Shown here: piece after piece, positions 50,884 to 58,973 of the stretch | How positions within the stretch are numbered: the first letter of the stretch is position 1 | How the letters are laid out: each line of letters begins with the position of its first letter | Source of the DNA: Thermoanaerobaculia bacterium | GTDB lineage: Bacteria; Acidobacteriota; Thermoanaerobaculia; Gp7-AA8 | DNA: 64,000 nt | Direction of reading: 5' to 3' | NCBI GenBank assembly: GCA_034665065.1 | Contig: JAXDGL010000017.1 | Span: forward strand, 6,559-70,558 | Notes under the pieces: generated by a model | What the model was told of the DNA's origin: nothing | Database searches by the model: none | What the model saw: only the letters and a program-made list of their open reading frames with translations | Translations under genes and position numbers: made by a program

Positions 50884-50912
50884 AGGGCCGAGCAATCGGC
50901 CCTTTTGATTTT
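50884..50912 (+). terminator. Attenuator terminator upstream of thrS
   Basis: AGGGCCGA-GCAA-TCGGCCCT stem followed by TTTGATTTT, between the leader ORF and thrS. Confidence 0.8.
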
Positions 50913-50922
50913 ATGGGGGTGA

Positions 50923-50986
50923 ATGTAGGTCGGACTCTCCTGTCCGACGATTTTTCTGACGTCGGACTAGAGAGTCCGACCTACAT
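50923..50986. repeat. GTAG-type REP doublet
   Basis: ATGTAGGTCGGACTCTCCTGTCCGAC and the inverted GTCGGACTAGAGAGTCCGACCTACAT. Confidence 0.8.
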
Positions 50987-51004
50987 GCACCCCCGGAGAA
51001 AACC

Positions 51005-52918
51005 ATGCACGTACAACTACCCGACGGATCCCAAAAAGAAGTTCAGGACGGCGCGACCGTCGCCGATGTCGCCATGTCGATCGGCAAAGGTCTGGCTAAG
51101 GCTGCCCTCGCCGGCAAGGTGAATGGCAAAGTCGTCGACATCTACACGCCCGTTCCCGACGGCGCGAAGATCGAGATCATCACGCCGAAGAGCGAGGCCG
51201 GACTCGACACCATCCGCCACTCCACCGCCCATCTCATGGCCATGGCCGTGCAGGAGCTCTTCCCCGGCACGCAGGTAACCATCGGACCGGTCATCGAGAA
51301 CGGCTTCTTCTACGACTTCGGCACCGATCGTCCGTTCACCGACGAAGACCTGCAGCGGATCGAAGAGAAGATGTCCGAGATCGTGAAACGCGATCTGCCG
51401 GTGCGCCGCGAGGAGTGGACTCGCGACGAGGCGATCGCCACCTTCGAGAAGCTCGGCGAAAAGTACAAGGTCGAGATCATCAAGGCCATCCCCGGCGATG
51501 AGCCGCTCTCCGTTTATCGCCAGGGTGAGTGGTTCGATCTCTGCCGCGGTCCTCACGTCCCCTCCACCGGCCGCCTCGGCGCCTTCAAGCTCACCTCCGT
51601 CGCCGGCGCGTATTGGCGTGGCGACGAGCACAACGCCATGCTCCAGCGGATCTACGGCACCGCCTGGGCGGACAAGGACGATCTCGCCGCGTACGTGAAG
51701 CGCGTCGAAGAAGCGAAGGCGCGCGATCATCGCAAGCTCGGCAAGGAGCTCGATCTCTTCACCTTCTCCCACTTCGCCCCGTCGATGCCGATCTTCCTGC
51801 CGAAAGGCGCGGCGATCTACAACGAGCTGATCGACTTCGTCCGGAAGTTCTACGCCCGCGACGGCTACAGCGAAGTGGTCACGCCGCTCATCTGGGACAC
51901 GGAGATCTTCAAAATCTCCGGCCACTACGAGAACTACAAAGAGAACATGTTCTTCTCCGATGTCGACGAGCGCGAGTACGGCGTGAAGCCGATGAACTGC
52001 CCCGGTCACACGCAGATCTTCGCGATGGAGCGGCGCTCGTATCGCGATCTGCCGATCCGCTACGCCGACTTCGCGCGGCTGCACCGTTACGAACGATCGG
52101 GAGTCACGCACGGCCTCGTGCGCGTCCGCTCCTTCGCGCAGGACGACGCGCACCTCTTCGTCATGCCCGAGCAGATCGAACAGGAGATCGACCGCGAGCT
52201 CCGTCTGATCAAAGAGATCTACGACATCTTCGGCTTCACCGACGTCCGCATCGCTCTCTCCACCCGTCCCGAGAAGCGTCTCGGTACCGATGAAATCTGG
52301 GACAACGCGGAAAGTGGACTCGAGAACGCGCTGAAGAAAAATGGTGTCGACTACCACATCAATCCGGGCGAAGGCGCGTTCTATGGACCGAAGCTCGAGT
52401 TCCAGGTCACCGACGCCATCGGACGCCCGTGGCAGCTCGGCACGATCCAGCTCGACTATGCGCTGCCGGAGCGTTTCAAACTCAGTTACATCGGCGCCGA
52501 CAACGGCGAGCACCAGCCGGTCATGATCCATCGCGCAATACTCGGCTCGCTCGAGCGGTTCATCGGCATCATCATCGAGCATTTTGCCGGAGCCTTCCCG
52601 TTGTGGCTCGCGCCGGTTCAGGCATCGGTGTTGCCGTTGTCGGAGAAGTTTCTCGACTACGGGCGGGAGACGTCGGCAAAACTTCGAGCGGCCGGTTTGC
52701 GCATCGAGACAGACGAATCGAATGAGAAGCTCGGCGCGAAAATCCGCGACGCGCAGCTCAGGAAAATCCCGTACATGCTGGTGGTGGGCGAGAAGGAAGT
52801 GGCGGCAGGAACGGTGTCGGTGCGGAAGCGGACCGGCGGCGATCAGGTCTCGCTCACGATCGATGAATTTGTGGCTCAAGCACGGGCGGTCATCGCGGCA
52901 CGCTCGTTGACTTTGTAG
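51005..52918 (+). CDS. thrS: Threonine--tRNA ligase
   Basis: TGS domain, RHSTAH, DLCRGPH, RDHRKLG, KPMNCP, GAFYGPK, HRAILGSLERF. Confidence 0.99.
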   Translation: MHVQLPDGSQKEVQDGATVADVAMSIGKGLAKAALAGKVNGKVVDIYTPVPDGAKIEIITPKSEAGLDTIRHSTAHLMAMAVQELFPGTQVTIGPVIENGFFYDFGTDRPFTDEDLQRIEEKMSEIVKRDLPVRREEWTRDEAIATFEKLGEKYKVEIIKAIPGDEPLSVYRQGEWFDLCRGPHVPSTGRLGAFKLTSVAGAYWRGDEHNAMLQRIYGTAWADKDDLAAYVKRVEEAKARDHRKLGKELDLFTFSHFAPSMPIFLPKGAAIYNELIDFVRKFYARDGYSEVVTPLIWDTEIFKISGHYENYKENMFFSDVDEREYGVKPMNCPGHTQIFAMERRSYRDLPIRYADFARLHRYERSGVTHGLVRVRSFAQDDAHLFVMPEQIEQEIDRELRLIKEIYDIFGFTDVRIALSTRPEKRLGTDEIWDNAESGLENALKKNGVDYHINPGEGAFYGPKLEFQVTDAIGRPWQLGTIQLDYALPERFKLSYIGADNGEHQPVMIHRAILGSLERFIGIIIEHFAGAFPLWLAPVQASVLPLSEKFLDYGRETSAKLRAAGLRIETDESNEKLGAKIRDAQLRKIPYMLVVGEKEVAAGTVSVRKRTGGDQVSLTIDEFVAQARAVIAARSLTL

Positions 52919-52935
52919 TGTTTTATTCGTAGATT
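52907..52935 (+). promoter_or_regulatory. Internal sigma70 promoter for infC-rpmI-rplT
   Basis: TTGACT (52907-52912)-N17-TAGATT (52930-52935), overlapping the thrS stop. Confidence 0.7.
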
Positions 52936-52973
52936 TCGCGCTTCCGCGCTAACGCTTAACAGGAGGATTTCGC

Positions 52974-53531
52974 ATTTTTCCACCACGACGAGGATCACGT
53001 TTCGACCGGAAACCCGCAGAACCTGAATCCAGAATCAACGACATGATCCGTGGCATCGCTGAGGTTCGCCTCATCGGAGCTGATGGGTCCCAGGTCGGAG
53101 TCGTTCCCCTGCAGCAGGCGCAGGAAATGGCTCGTGAAAAGGACCTCGACCTCGTCGAGATCTCGCCGACGGCGAATCCGCCCGTCTGCAAGGTAATGGA
53201 TTACGGCAAGTACGTCTTCCAGCAGAAGAAGAAGCAGAGCGAGGCCAAGAAGAAGCAGAAGGTGATCGTCGTCAAGGAGGTGCAGTTCCGCCCCCGCATC
53301 GACGAGCACGATTTCGATTTCAAGAAGAACAACATCATTCGTTTCCTGCAGCACGGCGACAAGGTCAAGGCATCGATCCGTTTCCGAGGACGCGAGATGA
53401 CGCACATGGAGCTCGGCCGCGCAGTCCTCGACCGCCTCCTGACCGAGATCAAAGAATACGGCGCCGGCGAAAATGCGCATCCCGACATTCAGGGGAACCG
53501 CATGACGATGGTGATATCGCCGGTGAAGTGA
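52974..53531 (+). CDS. infC: Translation initiation factor IF-3, ATT start codon
   Basis: AGGAGG at 52961-52966, then an in-frame ATT 7 nt later that restores the conserved RIND motif. DLVEISP, PPVCKVMDYGK, RFRGRE. Confidence 0.96.
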   Translation: MFPPRRGSRFDRKPAEPESRINDMIRGIAEVRLIGADGSQVGVVPLQQAQEMAREKDLDLVEISPTANPPVCKVMDYGKYVFQQKKKQSEAKKKQKVIVVKEVQFRPRIDEHDFDFKKNNIIRFLQHGDKVKASIRFRGREMTHMELGRAVLDRLLTEIKEYGAGENAHPDIQGNRMTMVISPVK

Positions 53532-53532
53532 G

Positions 53533-53705
53533 TTTTGCGGGAGTCGGTTTTCGGGAGTCGGGGGTCGGAGATAAGCGGCTCGCTGCTCCTGATTTTTCGA
53601 CGCCTGCCTCGCATCTCAATGAAGACCGAATCGAGCGACGGCGAAACCGCAGCCCGCGCGCTTGATTCTCTACGACACCCGACCCCCGACAAAACGACCC
53701 CCGCA
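53533..53705. repeat. Heptamer arms (GGGAGTC/CGACCCC family) flanking a ~100-nt loop in infC-rpmI spacer
   Basis: GCGGGAGTCGGTTTTCGGGAGTCGGGGGTCGGAGA ... CGACACCCGACCCCCGACAAAACGACCCCCGC. Confidence 0.75.
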
Positions 53706-53746
53706 CCAGGAATTCAAATACCAAGCAGTGAGTTAGGGACCAAGCT

Positions 53747-53944
53747 ATGCCGAAGATGAAAACGCACCGTGGCGCCGCAAAACGTTTCAAGAAGACCGGA
53801 ACGGGCAAGCTTCAGCGGAATCACGCTTTCCACTCGCACATCCTGACCAAGAAGTCCGCCGGCCGTAAGGCGGAGCTCGGGAAGGAAACGAGCGTGTCGA
53901 AGGCGAATGAGAAAACCGTGAACCGGATGATCCCGTACCTTTGA
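53747..53944 (+). CDS. rpmI: 50S ribosomal protein L35
   Basis: [27 protein letters not shown]. Confidence 0.97.
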   Translation: MPKMKTHRGAAKRFKKTGTGKLQRNHAFHSHILTKKSAGRKAELGKETSVSKANEKTVNRMIPYL

Positions 53945-54011
53945 GCTCGTAGCTCCCAGCTCTTAGCTGTCAGGAGAGTTCCTGAGAGCTAACAGCTAAC
54001 AGCTCAGAGCT
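53945..54011. repeat. Heptamer-tandem hairpin (AGCTCTT family) in rpmI-rplT spacer
   Basis: GCTCGTAGCTCCCAGCTCTTAGCTGTCAGGA ... TCCTGAGAGCTAACAGCTAACAGCTCAGAGCT. Confidence 0.85.
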
Positions 54012-54084
54012 TCAACCCGAGCGAGGCGTGGTACTTCACCACTCCTGACCCGCCCGCTTTTAACGAAACCAACGAGGAGAAACA

Positions 54085-54513
54085 ATGCCGAGAGTCAAAC
54101 GGGGTACCAAACGTAAAGACCGCCGCTCCAAGATCCTGAAGCTCGCCAAGGGCTACTGGGGAATGAAGTCGCGCGGTCACCGGATCGCGAAGCAGCAGGT
54201 TGAGAAAGCACTCAACTCCGCCTTCGCCGGCCGCAAAGACCGCAAAGGTGATTTCCGGAAGCTCTGGATCGCACGCATCAACGCAGCGGCCCGTCTCAAC
54301 GGAATCTCCTACTCGCAGCTCATCGCCGGCCTCAAGGCCTCCGGTTCGCTCGTCGACCGGAAGATCCTGGCCGACATCGCCGTCCGCGACGCCGCCGCCT
54401 TCACCGCCTTCGTCGAGAGCGCCAAAGCCGCGCTGAACAAAGCGCAGCTTCGCACCGCACTCGACAAAGAGACGGCAGCGAAGCGTCCCGCCGCGAAGCA
54501 GCCGACCGCGTAA
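54085..54513 (+). CDS. rplT: 50S ribosomal protein L20 with Ala/Lys-rich C-terminal extension
   Basis: [37 protein letters not shown]. Confidence 0.98.
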   Translation: MPRVKRGTKRKDRRSKILKLAKGYWGMKSRGHRIAKQQVEKALNSAFAGRKDRKGDFRKLWIARINAAARLNGISYSQLIAGLKASGSLVDRKILADIAVRDAAAFTAFVESAKAALNKAQLRTALDKETAAKRPAAKQPTA

Positions 54514-54543
54514 GCAACAACAACTATCGCGTCAAGCGCATCG

Positions 54544-54765
54544 CTGTCATCCTGAGACTGCCGGAGCCGCCGCAAGGTTCGCTACGCTCGCTACCGGCAG
54601 GACATCGGCGGCGTAGGACGTCGAAGGACCCCCTGATTCTGTGCGGGTGGGCAGCGGAAAAAACCGCAGCACAAAATCAGGGGGTCCTTCGACCGTCCTT
54701 CGCCGCGACGCCTGCCGGTTGTGAGTACAGCGTCGAGACGCGGCTTCGGCGGCTCAGGATGACAG
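54544..54765. repeat. Full 222-bp palindromic element with CTGTCATCCTGAG terminal inverted repeats (REP/MITE-like), family A
   Basis: CTGTCATCCTGAG...TCGAAGGACCCCCTGATT-loop-AATCAGGGGGTCCTTCGA...CTCAGGATGACAG. Confidence 0.85.
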
Positions 54766-54789
54766 TCTTTCTTGTTTGTACAATCGGCC

Positions 54790-55848
54790 ATGCTCGACGA
54801 CATCACACGCATCAACTCCGAATTCGACTCCGCCCTCGCCGGCGCCAACACCGCCGCGGCGCTCGATGAGCTCCGCGTCCACTACTTCGGCCGCAAAGGC
54901 GGTCTGATCCCCGCGCTCTTCTCGCGCCTCAAGGAAGTGCCGAAGGAGCAGAAGAAAGACGCCGGCGATGCGCTGAACAAACTGCGCGACCGCCTCGAAT
55001 CGGAGCTGAAGGAAAAGTCGGAGCGCGTGGTTGCTGAAGAATCGGCGCGCAAGCAATCGCGCGACATCATCGACGTTACCCTCCCCGCCCGCACCCCCAA
55101 CCTCGGCCACCTCCATCCCGTCACGATCGTCCGCCGCGAGATGGAGACGATCTTCAGCGAGATGGGCTATTCGCTCGACCCCGGCCCCGAGCTCGAGAGC
55201 GACTGGTACAACTTCGAAGCGCTCAATTTCACGCCCGACCACCCCGCACGCGACACGCAGGACACATTCTTCCTTGACGTCGATGCGCCGCCGCATCACG
55301 AAGGCGCAAGCCGTCTTCCCTACCTGCTGCGCACGCACACATCGAACGTGCAGATCCGATCGATGGAGAATCACAAACCGCCAGTGAAAGTGCTCTCCTG
55401 CGGCCGCGTTTACCGCCGCGACGAGATCACCATGCGCCGCTCGCCGATGTTCCATCAGGCCGAGGGATTCCTGGTCGACAAAGGAATCCACATCGGCCAC
55501 CTACGTGCCACGCTCGAGCACTTCATCAAACGCCTCTTCGGCGCCGACTCCAAGATGCGCATGCGCCCCAGCTTCTTTCCTTTCACCGAGCCCTCGGCCG
55601 AAGTCGATATGTCGTGCGTCTTCTGCAAAGGGAAGGGCTGCGGAACCTGCTCCCAAACCGGCTGGATGGAAATCCTCGGCTGCGGCATGATCCACCCGCA
55701 AGTCCTCCGCAACGTCGGCATCGACCCCGAAGAATGGAGCGGCTTCGCCTTCGGCCTCGGCCTCGACCGCTGCGCCATGATCAAATTCGACATCCCGAAC
55801 ATTCGGACGCTGTTCGAGAACGATCTGCGAGTGTTGCAGCAGTTCTGA
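54790..55848 (+). CDS. pheS: Phenylalanine--tRNA ligase alpha subunit
   Basis: GHLHP, NFEALNF..DHPARDTQDTF, LLRTHTS, FPFTEPS, GFAFGLGLDR. Confidence 0.98.
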   Translation: MLDDITRINSEFDSALAGANTAAALDELRVHYFGRKGGLIPALFSRLKEVPKEQKKDAGDALNKLRDRLESELKEKSERVVAEESARKQSRDIIDVTLPARTPNLGHLHPVTIVRREMETIFSEMGYSLDPGPELESDWYNFEALNFTPDHPARDTQDTFFLDVDAPPHHEGASRLPYLLRTHTSNVQIRSMENHKPPVKVLSCGRVYRRDEITMRRSPMFHQAEGFLVDKGIHIGHLRATLEHFIKRLFGADSKMRMRPSFFPFTEPSAEVDMSCVFCKGKGCGTCSQTGWMEILGCGMIHPQVLRNVGIDPEEWSGFAFGLGLDRCAMIKFDIPNIRTLFENDLRVLQQF

Positions 55849-56353
55849 CGGCTCTTCCACAACACTCTCAACCACCGAAACCTCTGTTCTACTAACCATC
55901 GGTTTCTGCGCGCGACCAAAGATTTCTTACAAAACTGGTTGGTTGCAAAGTCGGTAGGTTTCCTTTGGTTCGGCTAAGCTACGCTGTGCTCTCATATTTC
56001 TGTGGTTCAAAAAGTATCACTGGGAATCGCGGCGAGGTCACCCTCGCTCAATCGTGTGCACCGCATCGAGTCGTTTGAGCACCGCGATTGGCGCCGCCGC
56101 CTGCCCGCCCGTATCGAATCGATTTCCGGAAGCGTGATCGCCAACGTCGCCGAGCGCGAAACCAGCCGGAGTAACCTTTCAATCTAACCATCGCACCAAG
56201 CCAAACTTGCGCTGCCTCGCACCCTCCAGTCTTTCATGAAACGGGCTGCCCGCTCCCTTTTTGCGGCAAGGGGGTAGGGAAACCCTGACCTCCGTCACTC
56301 CTTAGGTAGCTACCGTTGGTTTCCGCACCAGCAAATAACATAAAGGCGGTCCG

Positions 56354-57112
56354 ATGTCGGCACAGTACGCCCTAGAAGTCACCAACATAGCCCATGCATA
56401 CAACGGCATTCCCGTTTTAGGCGGCGTAACATTCAACGTCCCCGCTGGCGAGGTTACCGGCGTACTTGGCAGGAGCGGGTGCGGGAAAACCACGCTTCTG
56501 AAGATCGTCGCCGGCTTACTGCAGCCTAACAACGGGGGCAGGATTAGAATTGACGGTCATGACGCATCCGATGTGCCGACCCACAAACGAAACATTGGCT
56601 TTGTATTCCAAGATCTCGCGCTGTTTCCTCATCTCACCGTCCGCCAGAACGTCGAATTTCCATTTCGGCACGGTAGTAAGAATAACGCTGGGGTTCGCCA
56701 CGCTACCGTCGCCATAAATACAATTCTAGAGCGGACAGGACTTATGGCTTACGCGTCGATGGGCATTAGCCAACTGAGTGGCGGAATGCGACAGCGCGTC
56801 GCGCTCGCACGCGCACTCGTCTACCGCCCGGCGATCATATTGCTTGACGAGCCCTTAACCTCGCTTGACAATCCGAGAAAGGCGGAGATCCTCGATCTCC
56901 TCCATGAGATCAAGACGGGCCTCGAGCACACCTTCCTCTATGTTACGCATGACGATCGAGAGATAAAAGCCTTTGCAGACAATGTTGTGGTTTTGGACAC
57001 GGGCGTTGTCGTTCGTGCCGGAACACTGGAAGAGGTTATCGCCGATCCGCGCGCGGACGTCGCGCGCGAACTGCTCAATGCACGCTATGGAACCATAGGA
57101 GCTAAAATATGA
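56354..57112 (+). CDS. ABC importer ATP-binding subunit (PotA/CysA-like, no C-terminal TOBE extension)
   Basis: GRSGCGKT, VFQDLALFPHLTV, LSGGMRQRVALARAL, LLDEP, VTHD. Confidence 0.9.
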   Translation: MSAQYALEVTNIAHAYNGIPVLGGVTFNVPAGEVTGVLGRSGCGKTTLLKIVAGLLQPNNGGRIRIDGHDASDVPTHKRNIGFVFQDLALFPHLTVRQNVEFPFRHGSKNNAGVRHATVAINTILERTGLMAYASMGISQLSGGMRQRVALARALVYRPAIILLDEPLTSLDNPRKAEILDLLHEIKTGLEHTFLYVTHDDREIKAFADNVVVLDTGVVVRAGTLEEVIADPRADVARELLNARYGTIGAKI

Positions 57113-58152
57113 AACGCATAAGCCTTCTCGCTGGAATCGCGGGTCTTCTCGCGCTAGTCATCCTAGGCGCTGCAAAGCAATTGCCTGAGATCACCGTCGT
57201 CAGTTACGGAGGTGGTGCGTACCAGGACTCCCATCGAGCCGCGTTCATTAGCCCATTTGCGGCGAAAAGCAATGTAAAGGTCAACTCAACATCTTGGGGC
57301 GCCGAGTACGGGCGACTTCAACAAATGGTACGGAGCGGTGACGTATCATGGGATGTCGTCGAAGTGACCGCGGCGCAGTATTCCCGAGGCGTCAGAGACG
57401 GATTGTATTCTCCTCTCACACGTCCGATTCCTCCGGCGACGTTCGCTCCGCTCGCTGGCGGTCCGGTCCCCACGCCATTTGGCGTCCCCAACGTTTACTG
57501 GAGTACGGTCTTCGCTTACCAGCCAAAAGCGTTCGCTCACAACCCTACCTCGTGGCGAGATTTTTGGGATGTACAGCACTTTCCTGGATCTCGAGCTCTC
57601 TACGACAATCCTCGCGGGACGCTAGAATTCGCGCTCCTGGCAGATGGAGTAGCTCGCGACAAACTCTATCCGCTCGACGTAGATCGTGCGTTCCGAAAGC
57701 TCGACGTTTTGCGACCTCACGTGCGCCTCTGGTGGAAGGACGGCACTGAGCCTGTAAATGCTCTCTTGACCAATCGAGTTGTAATGAGCAGCGCGTGGAG
57801 CGGGCGAATCTATGCATCCGCCGCGGCGCGCAAAGAGATTCAATATACATGGATTGGCGCTGCCCACGAACTTGACTATTGGGTGATTCCCAGGGGATCG
57901 CGTAATGTCGAGCTGGCCACGGAGTTTATTCACTTCGCATCGACAGCCCAACCAATGGCCAAGCAGGCCGCCGCAACCGCATATGGACCTACGAACGCGT
58001 TAGCGTTCTCGGCGATACCAAAGACCGTCCTGCCCAACCTACCGACAGCACCCGAGAACTGGCGTGTGAGTTTCGTTGTTAACGCCAATTGGTGGGCGGC
58101 GAACGAGCAAAAGATAATGCAGCGTTGGACAATCTGGCGGAGTAAACGGTGA
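57109..58152 (+). CDS. ABC substrate-binding protein, PotD/YdcS-like (polyamine-type family)
   Basis: Signal peptide, VVSYGGGAYQ, WDVVE, PTSWRDFWDVQHFPG.R, LEFALLADGV...LYPLDVDRAFRKLD. Confidence 0.88.
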   Translation: MKRISLLAGIAGLLALVILGAAKQLPEITVVSYGGGAYQDSHRAAFISPFAAKSNVKVNSTSWGAEYGRLQQMVRSGDVSWDVVEVTAAQYSRGVRDGLYSPLTRPIPPATFAPLAGGPVPTPFGVPNVYWSTVFAYQPKAFAHNPTSWRDFWDVQHFPGSRALYDNPRGTLEFALLADGVARDKLYPLDVDRAFRKLDVLRPHVRLWWKDGTEPVNALLTNRVVMSSAWSGRIYASAAARKEIQYTWIGAAHELDYWVIPRGSRNVELATEFIHFASTAQPMAKQAAATAYGPTNALAFSAIPKTVLPNLPTAPENWRVSFVVNANWWAANEQKIMQRWTIWRSKR

Positions 58153-58973
58153 GGTTGTTTCGGCGTTTGGGCGTGATTGGTGGATCAGGGCCGCTACTTG
58201 TCACTCTTTTGTTCTATGTCGTGCCAATTGCGACGTGGGCGTGGTCTCTGCGACACGAGAGGCCGGGCCAACCCGTTCTTCCGACCTACCAGTCTCAGAT
58301 TGGCGATTCCGCCCAGATATCCATGTCTAGCGCGGCGCTGGCGGCATTCGGTGGGGCGACTGTCGCGTGCTTGGCTCGGTTTTCCTCGCAACGCACGTCT
58401 AACGTATTGACCTTTGCGATGATGGTGCCGCTCTTAACGGGATTCGTCGCGCGCAATTACTCCTGGGTTGGGCTTCTAACAGCAATTGGCAGTCATCGAA
58501 CACCCCTGTCACCGCTAGGCGAGCTTTTGGATTCTCGGGCCGGCATCGTCACGGTGATGGCGGTAGTGTTCGTTCCTTTCGTCTACTTCATAGTATCCGA
58601 GGCCGCGTCGCACCTATCGCCCCCGTTGTACGAAGCGTCGCGCACGCTGGGCGCAACGGACGCGCGCGCGTTCTTCGTTATTACGCTGCCCCTCCTGCTT
58701 CCAGCAACCCTTCTAGCATTTGCGCTTTCAACGATCCTGGGCTTGGGATATTTCGTGACCCCTCACCTGATTGGCGGCGGTAATTTCCCATTCGTCGCGA
58801 ACGGTGTTCTCTCACGACTGGATCTCGGTGACGCACAAGGAGCCGCACTTCTCGGTCTGTACTTGCTCGCGACAGTGTTCATCCTTGCCGGTTTGGTGGC
58901 CATCGTGCGCGCATGGTGGCTTAGGCGTCACGAGCCTTTAACGAAGACTCCGCACTATGTACGAACTAAGTAG
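58149..58973 (+). CDS. ABC permease (PotB-like)
   Basis: Multi-TM, VARNYSW, EAA loop LYEASRTLGA, FVTPHLIGG. Confidence 0.85.
   Translation: MRLFRRLGVIGGSGPLLVTLLFYVVPIATWAWSLRHERPGQPVLPTYQSQIGDSAQISMSSAALAAFGGATVACLARFSSQRTSNVLTFAMMVPLLTGFVARNYSWVGLLTAIGSHRTPLSPLGELLDSRAGIVTVMAVVFVPFVYFIVSEAASHLSPPLYEASRTLGATDARAFFVITLPLLLPATLLAFALSTILGLGYFVTPHLIGGGNFPFVANGVLSRLDLGDAQGAALLGLYLLATVFILAGLVAIVRAWWLRRHEPLTKTPHYVRTK

Noticed and set aside
50762-51004. T-box riboswitch upstream of thrS
   Set aside because: No GGTGG.ACC T-box sequence and too short for stem I. A leader-peptide attenuator fits better.
51017-52879. 620-aa antisense ORF over thrS (and similar long antisense ORFs over tuf, fusA, comEC)
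   Set aside because: Typical high-GC3 shadow frames with no recognisable motifs.
56002-56187. Small ORF or gene remnant between pheS and the ABC island
   Set aside because: A GC-rich patch, but I could not assign any frame on either strand to a family.
56230-56353. Riboswitch upstream of the ABC/methyltransferase operon
   Set aside because: Short hairpins (AGGG-AAA-CCCT) are present, but I recognised no SAM, glycine or c-di-GMP consensus. An Rfam scan would be needed.
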